A stretch of DNA of 64,000 nt from Micrococcus sp. (GCF_030523875.1 NZ_JAUNHR010000001.1:360-64359), one strand, 5' to 3'; positions 39,311-49,311 are shown, numbered from the stretch's first letter. Numbers and translations are program-made. The notes: a model not told the origin generated them from the letters alone.

Positions 39311-40408
39311 ATGACCTCGTTCCCCTCCTCCGCGACGGCCGTGCGCCGCCGTCGCCGTCCCGTGACCGCCTTGACCCTCGGCGTGGCCGGCCTCCTGCTG
39401 GCCACCGCGTGCAGCGCGGGGGAGTCCGGCGAGGACGCCTCCTCCTCGGAGGGCCAGGCCTCGTCGTCGTCCTCCGCGGCCGCGCCGGAGCAGTCCTCGA
39501 CCTCGCCCGCGGCGGAGGGCGACGGCCAGGGCGACCCCGAGGCCCTGTCCGGGCTGTCCCTGTCCGTGGCCGAGGACGGCACGCCGAGCGTGGACGTGGA
39601 CGGCGGGATCGAGACGGACCAGCTGACCACCCGCGTCCTGGATGCCGGCGAGGAGCAGAAGCTGGGGCACGGCTCGATCGTGAAGCTGCACTATCTGTCC
39701 GCGGACCCGGCCACGGGTGACGTCCAGGCCGAGACGTTCACGCAGGACCCGCAGACCGTGGTCCTCGACGACCAGCTGAAGCAGGCGAACCCGGAGATGT
39801 ACGGGCTGCTGACCGGTGTGGGCGTGGGCGGGCGGATCGCCGCCTACGTGCCGCCGCAGGAGGTCCCGGCCCCGGCCGCCTCGTCCGCGTCGGAGGGCGC
39901 CTCGCCGTCGTCGACCACCGTCCCGGCCCAGCTGTTCGTCTACTCGATCGCTGGCCGGGTGCCCTTGGAGGCCCAGGGCGAGGAGGTCGCCGAGCGCGAC
40001 GAGCGCCTGCCCGAGGTCACCGTCGAGGACGGCCGTCCCGTGATCGGCAAGCCCGAGGGCGAGGCCCCCGCCGAGCTCGTCGTCCAGCCCCTGATCCAGG
40101 GGGAGGGCCGCGAGGTGACGGCGGAGGACACCGTGACGGTGCACTACACGGGCGTGACGTGGTCCGAGGGCTCCACGTTCGACTCGTCGTGGGAGCGCGG
40201 CACGCCCACCTCCTTCCCCCTCTCGGGCGTCATCGAGGGCTGGTCCCAGGGCCTGCAGGGCCAGAAGGTCGGCTCCCGCGTGCTGATCTCCATCCCCGCC
40301 GAGCAGGCGTACGGCGCCGAGGGCTCCCCGCCGAAGATCGGCCCGGACGAGGACCTGCTCTTCGTCGTGGACATCCTGGACGCCCAGGCCCCCGCCCCCC
40401 AGAACTGA
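39311..40408 (+). CDS. FKBP-type peptidyl-prolyl cis-trans isomerase, lipoprotein
   Basis: Signal peptide and lipobox LLATAC|S, a Ser/Ala/Glu-rich linker, and two FKBP domains (YTGVTWSEGSTFDSSWERGTP...GVIEGWSQGLQGQKVGSRVLISIP). Confidence 0.8.
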   Translation: MTSFPSSATAVRRRRRPVTALTLGVAGLLLATACSAGESGEDASSSEGQASSSSSAAAPEQSSTSPAAEGDGQGDPEALSGLSLSVAEDGTPSVDVDGGIETDQLTTRVLDAGEEQKLGHGSIVKLHYLSADPATGDVQAETFTQDPQTVVLDDQLKQANPEMYGLLTGVGVGGRIAAYVPPQEVPAPAASSASEGASPSSTTVPAQLFVYSIAGRVPLEAQGEEVAERDERLPEVTVEDGRPVIGKPEGEAPAELVVQPLIQGEGREVTAEDTVTVHYTGVTWSEGSTFDSSWERGTPTSFPLSGVIEGWSQGLQGQKVGSRVLISIPAEQAYGAEGSPPKIGPDEDLLFVVDILDAQAPAPQN

Positions 40409-40439
40409 CCCACCCACCCCGACCCCAGGAGGAGACACC

Positions 40440-40835
40440 ATGTCCTTCGGACAGCGCGACTACGACCGCACCAAGCCCGAGATCGACTTCCCCGGCGACA
40501 CCCCGCCCGAGGAGCTCGTCGTCGAGGACCTGATCGAGGGCTCCGGCCCCGCCGTGGAGCGCGGCTCCCGCGTCCAGGTCCACTACGTGGGCGTGGCCTG
40601 GTCCACCGGCGAGGAGTTCGACGCCTCGTGGAACCGCGGCACCCCGCTGCCGCTGACCGTCGGCGTGGGTCAGGTCATCGCCGGCTGGGACCAGGGCCTG
40701 CTCGGCATGAAGGTGGGCGGCCGGCGTCGCCTCGAGATCCCGCCGCACCTGGGCTACGGGGCGCAGGGCGCCGGCTCGGCCATCGGGCCGAACGAGACCC
40801 TGATCTTCGTGTGCGACCTCGTCTCGGTCGACTGA
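40440..40835 (+). CDS. FKBP-type peptidyl-prolyl cis-trans isomerase (cytoplasmic)
   Basis: 131 aa. HYVGVAWSTGEEFDASWNRGTPLPLTVGVGQVIAGWDQGLLGMKVGGRRRLEIPP. Confidence 0.85.
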   Translation: MSFGQRDYDRTKPEIDFPGDTPPEELVVEDLIEGSGPAVERGSRVQVHYVGVAWSTGEEFDASWNRGTPLPLTVGVGQVIAGWDQGLLGMKVGGRRRLEIPPHLGYGAQGAGSAIGPNETLIFVCDLVSVD

Positions 40836-40848
40836 CCCCGGACACGGC

Positions 40849-42951
40849 ATGACCGTCGCCCGGCCCCGCTCCGCGGATGAGCCCGCCGAACGGATCATCT
40901 CCCTGCTGTGGCTGCTGCTCCACGAGCCGCGCGGCTACGCCCGGGAGCAGATCCGGCGGCTCGTCGTCGGGTACGAGGGGCTGGGCGACGGCGCGTTCGA
41001 GAAGCTCTTCCAGCGGGACCGCCGGGCGCTGCGCGCCGTGGGGGTCCCGCTGGCCGTCGTCGGGGGCGAGGACGCCGAGGACGACGACGGCCCCCGCTAC
41101 CGCGTGGACCGGACCTCCCTGCTGCTGAGGGACCTCGACCTCACCGTCGACGAGCGCCGCGCGCTCGTCCGCGCCCGCCGGCTGTGGGGGGACTCCCCGC
41201 TGCGGGACGAGGTGGTCCGGGCCGTCGGCGTGCTGCTGCACCCCGGCGAGCTCTCCGGCCAGGACCAGCTCGAGGGCTACCACACCGTGATGCCCCGGGC
41301 GGACCCCCGCCTCGAGGCCCTCACCGAGGCGGCCGCCGAGCAGGCCCTCGTGCGCTTCGCCTACCGCGACGCCGCCGGCGCCCTGACCGAGCGCACCGTG
41401 CGGGCCTGGCTGCTGACCCTGGTTCGGGGCCGCTGGTACCTCACCGGCTGGGACGTGGACCGGGAGGCGGAGCGCTCGTTCCGGCTCTCCCGCCTCGAGT
41501 CCGACCCGGTGGTCCTCGAGCAGGCCCCCTCCGAGGCCGCCCGGCGCGCCCCGCGTCGTCCTGCCGACCACGACCACGCCGCCCTGCGCGCCCGCCTGGC
41601 CGGCCGGGCCGAGGCCGAGACGGTCCGCGTGTGGCTGTCCCCGGGCCGGGGCCAGGGCTTCCGGGTGGCCGGCCGGCGGGTGGACCCCCGCGCCGCCGAC
41701 GGACCCGCCCCCGGCGAGGGCTGGGAGCTGTGGGAGTCCGCCACGGGCCCCACGGAGGACGGCGTGGTGGCCGAGGCCGCCACCGCCGCCGGACACGTGC
41801 TGTTCCCCGCCTCCGAGCCCGAGCCGGCCCGGCGCCTGGCCGCCGCCCTCACCGCGGCCGCGGACCTGCACGCCGCGCCCGCCGACCCCGGGTGCGCCGA
41901 CGTGCGCCTGAGCGCCCCGGTCCGCCGCCGCGTGCGCACCTCGAGCGAGGACCTCGTGGGCCGGCTGCTGGACATCGTCGGCCTGGCCAACCGCGCCGAG
42001 GGCATCGACCGCGCCGAGCTGCAGGAGCGGCTCGGCGTCTCCGCGGCCGACCTGGACCGGGACCTCGAGGTGCTGCGCTACTGCGGCATGCCCGAGCGCG
42101 AGTTCCCCGGGTTCCAGTTCGATGTGGAGGAGGACGACGGGCGCGTGCGCGTCCACCAGGCGTCCGAGCTGGCCGCCCCCGTGCGGCTCACCCTGCCCGA
42201 GGCGCACACGCTGGTGGCCACCCTGCAGACGGTGGCCGAGATGACCGTCCTGACCGACGCCGAGCGCGACGCCGCCCGCTCGGCGCAGCGGCGCATCCGC
42301 GCCTCCCTCGTGGACGCCGGCCAGGACGTGCCCGCCGACCCCGTCCCCGCGCCCGGTGGGACGGAGGGGGCCGGGGCGGACGACGGGGGCGCCGTCGTCG
42401 CCCACTGGGACGTCGCGGTGGACCCGGAGACCGTGCGCACGCTCCTGGCGGCCATCGCCGAGCGCGCCGTGGTGCGCCTGCGCTACCACGGGGTGCGCAC
42501 GGACGAGGTGACGGAGCGGGACGTGGAGCCGCTGGCCGTGGTGCAGGAGCGCACCCGGCTGTACCTGCAGGCCTGGTGCCGGCGCGCCGCGGGGCTGCGC
42601 GTGTTCCGCGTGGACCGGATCGGCGCGCTGGAGACGACGGGGGAGACGTACCGGCCCCGCGCGCGGCCCGGCCGGTGGCGCCTGCACCCGGAGGGCGAGG
42701 GGGTGTCCGCGCTCGTGCGCTGGGACCACCCCGTGCGCGACGCCGCCGAGGCCTACCGCCCGGCGGCCGCCGCCACGCTCGAGGACGGCGCCGCCCTGAC
42801 CCGGCTGACGCTGCTGGACGAGGAGGCCGCCGTCGCCCTGGCCGCCCGTCACGGCGGACGCGTCGAGGTGCTCGAGCCCTCGGACCTCCGCGACGCCGTC
42901 GCCGCGCGCCTGGGCCGGGCCGCCCGTCTGGCCCGCGGCGCGGTAGCCTAG
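40849..42951 (+). CDS. pafBC: fused PafB-PafC WYL-domain transcriptional regulator
   Basis: 700 aa with two tandem HTH-WYL-WCX modules (first module: RIISLLWLLL...RLWG. Second: RLLDIVGLA...AWCRRAAGLRVFRVDRI). Located between pafA and tatA as in other actinobacteria. Confidence 0.75.
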   Translation: MTVARPRSADEPAERIISLLWLLLHEPRGYAREQIRRLVVGYEGLGDGAFEKLFQRDRRALRAVGVPLAVVGGEDAEDDDGPRYRVDRTSLLLRDLDLTVDERRALVRARRLWGDSPLRDEVVRAVGVLLHPGELSGQDQLEGYHTVMPRADPRLEALTEAAAEQALVRFAYRDAAGALTERTVRAWLLTLVRGRWYLTGWDVDREAERSFRLSRLESDPVVLEQAPSEAARRAPRRPADHDHAALRARLAGRAEAETVRVWLSPGRGQGFRVAGRRVDPRAADGPAPGEGWELWESATGPTEDGVVAEAATAAGHVLFPASEPEPARRLAAALTAAADLHAAPADPGCADVRLSAPVRRRVRTSSEDLVGRLLDIVGLANRAEGIDRAELQERLGVSAADLDRDLEVLRYCGMPEREFPGFQFDVEEDDGRVRVHQASELAAPVRLTLPEAHTLVATLQTVAEMTVLTDAERDAARSAQRRIRASLVDAGQDVPADPVPAPGGTEGAGADDGGAVVAHWDVAVDPETVRTLLAAIAERAVVRLRYHGVRTDEVTERDVEPLAVVQERTRLYLQAWCRRAAGLRVFRVDRIGALETTGETYRPRARPGRWRLHPEGEGVSALVRWDHPVRDAAEAYRPAAAATLEDGAALTRLTLLDEEAAVALAARHGGRVEVLEPSDLRDAVAARLGRAARLARGAVA

Positions 42952-42981
42952 ATCGCAGGACCCCCGTCGAAAGGACCCCCC

Positions 42982-43245
42982 ATGTTCGCTGGACTCCAGG
43001 GATGGCAGCTCGTCATCATCATCGTGCTCGTGGTGCTGCTCTTCGCGGCCCCCAAGCTCCCCTCCATGGCCCGCAACCTGGGCCAGTCCATGCGCATCTT
43101 CTCCTCCGAGGTGAAGCAGATGCGCACCGAGGACAAGGAGCGCAAGGCCGGCGACGACGCCTCCGGCGCGGGCTCCCACCCCGCCGAGCCGGTCGAGCCC
43201 GTGGAGGGCCGCGTCGTCGACCGCGACGACCGCGACGTCCGCTGA
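42982..43245 (+). CDS. tatA: twin-arginine translocase subunit TatA
   Basis: MFAGLQGWQLVIIIVLVVLLFAAPKLPSMARNLGQSMRIF. Confidence 0.9.
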   Translation: MFAGLQGWQLVIIIVLVVLLFAAPKLPSMARNLGQSMRIFSSEVKQMRTEDKERKAGDDASGAGSHPAEPVEPVEGRVVDRDDRDVR

Positions 43246-43274
43246 CGTCCGCTCACGTCCGGGAGGCCTAGCCC

Positions 43275-44135
43275 ATGACCACCGTGGACGAGACCGCGCG
43301 CCGCCGCCGGCGGCGTGCGGAGCGGCGGCCCAAGAACCCCACCGGGGAGATGCCGCTGCGCGAGCACCTCGCGGAGCTGCGGAGCCGGCTGGTCAAGTCC
43401 GCCCTGGGCATCGTCCTCGGCGCCGTGCTGGGGTTCCTGCTCTACAAGCCGTTCATGCAGGAGCTCACGCGGCCCCTGCGTGACGCCCAGGAGCACGGCG
43501 TCAACGCCGCCCTGGCCTTCGACACGGTCAGCTCGCCGTTCGACATGATGCTCAAGGTGGCGCTGTTCATCGGACTCGTCGTGGCGAGCCCGATCTGGCT
43601 CTACCAGATCTGGGCGTTCGTCGTCCCCGGCCTCAAGAAGCAGGAGAAGAAGTACGCCGTCGGCTTCCTCGCCGCCGCGATCCCGCTGTTCCTGCTGGGC
43701 ATCCTGCTCGGCTGGATGGTGCACCCGCAGGCCGTGCAGTTCTTCATCGGCTTCACCTTCGAGGGCTCGGCCGCGCTGCCCACCGCGCAGAAGTTCCTCA
43801 CGTTCTCCCTCAACCTGTTCCTGGCGTTCGGGGCCTCCATGGTGCTCCCGGTGTTCCTCGTGGGCCTGAACATGATGGGCGTCCTCCCGGCCGCCACCCT
43901 CCTCAAGCACTGGCGCATCACGGTGTTCGTGATCGCGCTCATCGCCGCCCTGGCCGCGCCCGGCTCGGACGCGATCTCGATGTTCTACCTCGCCGCTCCG
44001 CTGTTCCTGCTCTTCGGCATCTCGATCGCCCTGTGCTGGATCAACGACCGCCGCCGCGCCCGCCGCGCGGTGAAGGGGGAGGCCGACCTCGAGGCGGAGA
44101 TCGCCGCCGGCCCCCGGCCGCTGGACCAGATCTGA
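43275..44135 (+). CDS. tatC: twin-arginine translocase subunit TatC
   Basis: 6-TM protein with TatC motifs (HLAELRSRL, PFDMMLKVALFIGLVVASP). Confidence 0.9.
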   Translation: MTTVDETARRRRRRAERRPKNPTGEMPLREHLAELRSRLVKSALGIVLGAVLGFLLYKPFMQELTRPLRDAQEHGVNAALAFDTVSSPFDMMLKVALFIGLVVASPIWLYQIWAFVVPGLKKQEKKYAVGFLAAAIPLFLLGILLGWMVHPQAVQFFIGFTFEGSAALPTAQKFLTFSLNLFLAFGASMVLPVFLVGLNMMGVLPAATLLKHWRITVFVIALIAALAAPGSDAISMFYLAAPLFLLFGISIALCWINDRRRARRAVKGEADLEAEIAAGPRPLDQI

Positions 44136-44157
44136 CCCCGGCCGACGACGCCTCCCG

Positions 44158-44187
44158 CGCCCCGCTCCGTTCGCCCGGAGCGGGGCG
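44158..44187 (+). terminator. hairpin after tatC
   Basis: CGCCCCGCTCCG-ttcgcc-CGGAGCGGGGCG, a perfect 12-bp stem. Confidence 0.45.
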
Positions 44188-44235
44188 CGGCGCGTTCGGG
44201 CCCCGTCCCGTCCGCCGCGCCCGTACGCTGGGGAC

Positions 44236-47200
44236 ATGGCCCCGCACCCCTCGACCGACACCCCCGCCGGCCCTCCCGAGGAGCCGCGCCTGAGCCCCGC
44301 CGAGCGCTACGCGCAGGCCCGCCGCGAGCGCCACCACGCCGGCTCCGAGCTGGCCGCGTTCGCCGCGCGCCTCGACTTCCCGCTGGACGACTTCCAGCGC
44401 GAGGCCTGCCGGGAGGTCGAGGACGGCCACGGCGTCCTGGTGGCCGCCCCCACCGGGGCGGGCAAGACGGTGGTAGGGGAGTTCGCCGTCCACCTCGCCC
44501 TGGCGCGCGGCCGCAAGGCCTTCTACACGACGCCCATCAAGGCGCTCTCGAACCAGAAGTTCCTGGACCTCGGCCGGGTGCACGGCGTCGAGAACGTGGG
44601 CCTGCTCACGGGCGACACGTCCGTCAACGCGGACGCCCCCGTGGTGGTGATGACCACCGAGGTGCTGCGCAACATGCTCTACGCGGACTCCGAAGCCCTC
44701 ACGGACCTGGGGTACGTGGTCATGGACGAGGTGCACTACCTCGCCGACCGCTTCCGCGGCCCGGTGTGGGAGGAGGTCATCATCCACCTGCCCGAGCACG
44801 TGCAGCTGATCTCCCTGTCCGCCACCGTGTCCAACGCCGAGGAGTTCGGCTCGTGGCTGGACACCGTGCGCGGGGCCACCACCGTGGTGGTCTCGGAGCA
44901 CCGCCCGGTGCCCCTGTGGCAGCACGTCATGGCCGGCGGACGCCTCTACGACCTCTTCGCCGAGGACGTCGCCTTCGAGGACACCGCCGACGCCGACGGC
45001 ACGCCCCTGCTCAACCCCGAGCTGGAGCGCCTCGCCCGGGACGCTGAGCGCGGCGGGCAGCGCCCGGACTGGGGCCGGCCCGCCCGAGGCCGTCGGGACG
45101 ACGGCGGACGCGGCGGCCCCCGAGGCCGTGGCGGGCGCCACGGCGGCCGGGACAGGGGGCGGGGCGGACGTGGCGGCAGGGGCGCCGACCGCTCCTCGGG
45201 GTGGGACCGGGACCGCGGCACGAGCGCCGCGGTGGGCTCCTCCGGCGGCGGACGGGACCACCGGGACGGGCGTGGCCCGGGCCTGATAACCTCGCGCCCG
45301 GACATGATCCGGGCCCTTGACCGCGAGGGCCTGCTGCCGGGCATCACCTTCATCTTCTCCCGGGCCGGCTGCGACGGAGCCGTCGAGCAGTGCCTGCGGG
45401 CGGGCCTGGACCTCACCACCGCCCAGGAGAAGGCCCGGATCGCCGCCCGCGTGGACGAGGCGGCCCGCCTGCTGCCGCCCGAGGACCTGGACGTGCTCGG
45501 CTTCTGGGCGTGGCGGGACGGACTGTCCCGGGGCTTCGCGGCCCACCACGCGGGCATGCTGCCGCCGTTCAAGGAGGCCGTGGAGGACCTGTTCGCGGCC
45601 GGGGCGCTCAAGGTCGTGTTCGCCACAGAGACCCTCGCGCTGGGCGTGAACATGCCGGCCCGGTCCGTGGTGCTCGAGAAGCTCGTGAAGTTCAACGGCG
45701 AGTCCCACGTGGACGTGACGCCGGGGGAGTACACCCAGCTCACCGGACGCGCCGGCCGCCGCGGCATCGACGTCGAGGGCCACGCCGTGGTCATGTGGCG
45801 CCCGGGTCTGGACCCGGCGGCCGTGGCGGGCCTGGCCTCGCGCCGCACGTATCCGCTGAAGTCCTCGTTCCGGCCCACCTACAACATGTCCGTGAACCTG
45901 CTGGCCCAGGTGGGCGCCGAGCGCGCCCGGGGGATCCTCGAGTCCTCCTTCGCGCAGTTCCAGGCGGACCGCTCGGTGGTGGGCCTGGCCCGGGAGGTGC
46001 GGGCCAAGCAGGGCACGCTGGAGAAGTACGAGGCCGCCATGGCGTGCGAGCGCGGCGACTTCGCCGAGTACCTCGCCCTGCGCAAGGAGGTCGCCTCGGC
46101 CGAGAAGTCCGGCTCGCAGGGGCGCCGCCGCGCGCACGTGGCCGCGGTGAAGGAGTCCCTCGCGGACCTCGCCGTGGGGGACGTGATCGAGCTCGACGCC
46201 GGCCGCCGCCTCGGCCGCGCCGTCGTCGTGATGCCCGCCGGGAACCCGCAGAACCCGCGCGTCGGCGTCGTGACGGACTCAGCCCAGCTGCGCCGCATCA
46301 CCCTCGACGACGTCGCCGCGCCCGTCGAGCCGGTGGCCGGGGCGGACCTGGGCCAGACCGTCCAGGTCAAGACCCCGTCCCAGCGCAAGGACGTGGCCGC
46401 GCGCATGCGCGAGGCCGTGCGCACCCACCGCCCGCCCACCGGCGGGACGCGGCGGGGGACCGGCTTCCGCCTGCGGGAGGAGGCCGACTCCCCGCGTCTG
46501 GAGGAGCTGCGCCGCCGTCTCCAGGCGCACCCCTGCCACGCGTGCCCGGACCGCGAGGACCACGCCCGCTGGGGCGAGCGCTGGTGGGGCATGCGCCGCG
46601 AGGTGGGCCTGCTGCGCGAGCGAATCGCCGGACGGACCAACACCATCGCGCGCACGTTCGACCGCGTGGTGGACCTGCTGGACCGGTACGGCTACGTCGG
46701 ACCGGACCCGGACGCGCCCGCCCGGGCGCTCTCGGAGCGCGGCCAGACCCTGCGCCGCGTGTACGGCGAGCGGGACCTGCTGACCTCGCTGGTGCTGCAC
46801 GACCCCGCCACCGCGCACCTGGGCCCCGAGGACTGGGCGTGCGTGGCCGCCCTGCTGGTGTACCAGGGCAAGGGGGAGTCCCAGGGGCTGCCGGTGGCCA
46901 TGCCCAACGCCCGGCTGCAGCGGGTCGCCGAGGCCGTGGAGGAGCTGGAGGAGCGGCTGCGCGCGGACGAGGCGGCCGCGCGGATCGAGCCCACCCCGCC
47001 CACCGACCTCGGTCTCGTGGGGCCGGTGCACCGCTGGGTCCGCGGCGGGACCCTGCGCGAGACGCTGCAGGGCGCCGAGCTGGCCGCCGGCGACTTCGTG
47101 CGGTGGGCGCGCCAGGTGATCGACGTGCTGGACCAGATCGCCCAGGTGCCCGGAGATGCGCACCGCTCGCGCAGCTGCCGGCGCGCCGCCGGGCTCGTGG

Positions 47201-47256
47201 CCCGCGGCGTGGTGGCCACCTCCCTGCCCGGTGCCGCGGCCGACCCGGAGGAGTGA
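44236..47256 (+). CDS. helY: Ski2-like DEAD/DEAH-box RNA helicase HelY
   Basis: Walker A APTGAGKT, DEVH, SATVSNAEEF, QLTGRAGRRG, with winged-helix and DSHCT-like C-terminus. Follows tatC as Rv2092c does. Contains an RG-rich insert (see findings). Confidence 0.85.
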   Translation: MAPHPSTDTPAGPPEEPRLSPAERYAQARRERHHAGSELAAFAARLDFPLDDFQREACREVEDGHGVLVAAPTGAGKTVVGEFAVHLALARGRKAFYTTPIKALSNQKFLDLGRVHGVENVGLLTGDTSVNADAPVVVMTTEVLRNMLYADSEALTDLGYVVMDEVHYLADRFRGPVWEEVIIHLPEHVQLISLSATVSNAEEFGSWLDTVRGATTVVVSEHRPVPLWQHVMAGGRLYDLFAEDVAFEDTADADGTPLLNPELERLARDAERGGQRPDWGRPARGRRDDGGRGGPRGRGGRHGGRDRGRGGRGGRGADRSSGWDRDRGTSAAVGSSGGGRDHRDGRGPGLITSRPDMIRALDREGLLPGITFIFSRAGCDGAVEQCLRAGLDLTTAQEKARIAARVDEAARLLPPEDLDVLGFWAWRDGLSRGFAAHHAGMLPPFKEAVEDLFAAGALKVVFATETLALGVNMPARSVVLEKLVKFNGESHVDVTPGEYTQLTGRAGRRGIDVEGHAVVMWRPGLDPAAVAGLASRRTYPLKSSFRPTYNMSVNLLAQVGAERARGILESSFAQFQADRSVVGLAREVRAKQGTLEKYEAAMACERGDFAEYLALRKEVASAEKSGSQGRRRAHVAAVKESLADLAVGDVIELDAGRRLGRAVVVMPAGNPQNPRVGVVTDSAQLRRITLDDVAAPVEPVAGADLGQTVQVKTPSQRKDVAARMREAVRTHRPPTGGTRRGTGFRLREEADSPRLEELRRRLQAHPCHACPDREDHARWGERWWGMRREVGLLRERIAGRTNTIARTFDRVVDLLDRYGYVGPDPDAPARALSERGQTLRRVYGERDLLTSLVLHDPATAHLGPEDWACVAALLVYQGKGESQGLPVAMPNARLQRVAEAVEELEERLRADEAAARIEPTPPTDLGLVGPVHRWVRGGTLRETLQGAELAAGDFVRWARQVIDVLDQIAQVPGDAHRSRSCRRAAGLVARGVVATSLPGAAADPEE

Positions 47257-47281
47257 GGCCCGCGGCGGCTAGGGTGGAGCG

Positions 47282-48370
47282 GTGACCAGCACCCTCCTGC
47301 ACAGCGCCGTCGTCCACTCCGCCACCGACCCCTACGCCACCGCCCTGCTCGTGGCGGACGGGGTCGTCGCCTGGCTCGGGGAGGACGCCTCGGCGGACCG
47401 GGTGGCCGACGACGCCGTCCCCCGCCAGGACCTCGAGGGGGCCGTGGTGGCGCCCGCGTTCGTGGAGCCGTGCGCCCGTCCCGCCGAGGCGCGCGCCGCC
47501 GTCGGGCGGGGGACGGCCGTGGTGACCGTCCTCGCCGAGCCGGGCCGCTCGACGGCGGAGACTCGGACGGAGGGCCCCGCCGCCCCCGTGCAGACCGTGG
47601 TGTACCGCGCCGCCGAGACCGTGGACCCGGACGCCGCCGGCGTGTGGCTCACGGCCGGGGAGACCGACCGGGCCGCCCTCGCCGGACTGGTGGCCGCCTC
47701 CACCCGGGTGGGGGAGCAGGTGTACCTCGTCCCGCCCGCCGAGGCCGACGCGGCCGCCCTGACCGCCGCCCAGGAGGACGCCCTGGCCGCCCTGCGCGCC
47801 GCCGCCGACGAGCTGGGCGTCGCCGCCCTCGGCCGCGTCCGCCACCGCCTGGCGCTCACCGGGCCGATCACCGCCGAGGACCGGGCGTTCCTGGCCTCCG
47901 CCGCCGTGTCCGTGACGGTGGCCCCGGACGCGGACGGCGTCCTGCGGGCCCCGCTGGGCACCCTGCTGGCGGACGCCGTGCCCGTGTGCCTGAGGACCCG
48001 CGGCGGGGACAGCCCGTGGGCCGCGGTCCGAGCGGCCCTGTCCCATCCGGACGAGCAGGAGCGCATCTCGGCCCGCTCGGCGTTCACCGCCGCCACCCGC
48101 ACCCCGCTGCGCGCCCTGCCGGACGTGCCCACCGCCGCGGTCCAGGCCGCCCCGCGCCTGGCCGTCTCCAGCCCGGCGACGTTCGCCGTGTGGCGCACGG
48201 ACGCCGTCGCGGTGCAGTCCCCGGACGGACGCGTGGCGGCGTGGAGCACGGATACCCGTGCCGGCACCCCGCTGCTGCCCTCCCTGGACGACCAGACCCC
48301 GCTGCCGGAGTGGCTGGCCACGTGGGTGGACGGCGAACCGCTGGAGGCCGACGGCCCGACCTCCGCCTGA
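47282..48370 (+). CDS. amidohydrolase-like protein (apparently degenerate, lacks the metal-binding HxH)
   Basis: The N-terminus resembles an amidohydrolase beta-sandwich (LLVADGVVAWLG...DLEGAVVAPAFVEPCARP), but the D-x-H-x-H position reads EPCAR. Ala-rich. GTG start. Confidence 0.45.
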   Translation: MTSTLLHSAVVHSATDPYATALLVADGVVAWLGEDASADRVADDAVPRQDLEGAVVAPAFVEPCARPAEARAAVGRGTAVVTVLAEPGRSTAETRTEGPAAPVQTVVYRAAETVDPDAAGVWLTAGETDRAALAGLVAASTRVGEQVYLVPPAEADAAALTAAQEDALAALRAAADELGVAALGRVRHRLALTGPITAEDRAFLASAAVSVTVAPDADGVLRAPLGTLLADAVPVCLRTRGGDSPWAAVRAALSHPDEQERISARSAFTAATRTPLRALPDVPTAAVQAAPRLAVSSPATFAVWRTDAVAVQSPDGRVAAWSTDTRAGTPLLPSLDDQTPLPEWLATWVDGEPLEADGPTSA

Positions 48371-48466
48371 CCCCGAGTCCCCGCCGGACTTCCTATACTC
48401 GAACGGATGCCAGGGCCCCGCACCGTGCTGAGGGCCGCCCCGACCCCCGGAAGGCGAGACCACCGC

Positions 48467-49198
48467 ATGCGCGTGCTCACCATCATCCCCACCTACAACG
48501 AGATCGAGTCCCTGCCGCTCACCCTGGGCCGCCTCCGCGACGCCGTGCCGGACTCCGACGTGCTCGTGGTGGACGACGCCTCCCCGGACGGCACCGGCGC
48601 GTGGGCGGACGAGCGCGCCGCGCAGGACCCGAGCGTGCACGTGCTGCACCGCTCGGAGAAGAACGGCCTCGGCGGGGCGTACATCGCCGGCTTCCGCTGG
48701 GGCCTGGAGCGCGGCTACGAGGTGCTCGTGGAGATGGACGCGGACGGCTCCCACCAGCCCGAGCAACTGCCCCGCCTCCTGGAGGCCGTGCGCACCGCCG
48801 ACCTCGTGATCGGCTCGCGCCGCGTGCCCGGCGGCAAGATGGTCAACTGGCCGGCCTCCCGCAAGCTGATCTCCGCGGCCGGCTCCCTGTACCCGCGGAT
48901 CATGCTCGGCCTGAAGCTGACGGACATCACCGCCGGCTACCGCGCGTACCGCGCGGAGACCCTGCGGAAGATCGACCTCGACGCCGTGCAGTCCAAGGGC
49001 TACGGCTTCCAGGTGGACATGACCTTCCGGGTGGCCCGCCTCGGCCTGCGCATCGTCGAGGTGCCGATCACCTTCGTGGAGCGCGAGCTGGGGGAGTCCA
49101 AGATGAGCGGCGGCATCATCGGCGAGGCCGTCGTCAACGTGACCAAGTGGGGCGCGAAGGCCCGCTGGGAGACCCTGACCGGCCGCTCCGGCCGCTGA
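48467..49198 (+). CDS. ppm1: polyprenol-phosphate mannosyltransferase (GT2, Ppm1/DPM1-like)
   Basis: [37 protein letters not shown]. Adjacent to rbpA as Rv2051c is to Rv2050. Confidence 0.8.
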   Translation: MRVLTIIPTYNEIESLPLTLGRLRDAVPDSDVLVVDDASPDGTGAWADERAAQDPSVHVLHRSEKNGLGGAYIAGFRWGLERGYEVLVEMDADGSHQPEQLPRLLEAVRTADLVIGSRRVPGGKMVNWPASRKLISAAGSLYPRIMLGLKLTDITAGYRAYRAETLRKIDLDAVQSKGYGFQVDMTFRVARLGLRIVEVPITFVERELGESKMSGGIIGEAVVNVTKWGAKARWETLTGRSGR

Positions 49199-49256
49199 CG
49201 CCGGACGCGGCGGCGCGGACGACGACGGGGGCCCACCAGGGTGGTCGGGCCCCCGC

Positions 49257-49311
49257 GGGGGGGGGGGGGGGCGGGGGGGCCCCGGCCGCGGACGCGGGAC
49301 GCGGGGGGGGG
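49257..49311. repeat. poly-G tracts (G15, G7, G9), potential G-quadruplex, in the convergent intergenic region
   Basis: Read directly: 15 consecutive G (49257-49271), c, 7 G, then 9 G at 49303-49311. Preceded by hairpin GGGGGCCCACC-agg-GTGGtcGGGCCCCC (49227-49254). Confidence 0.6.
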
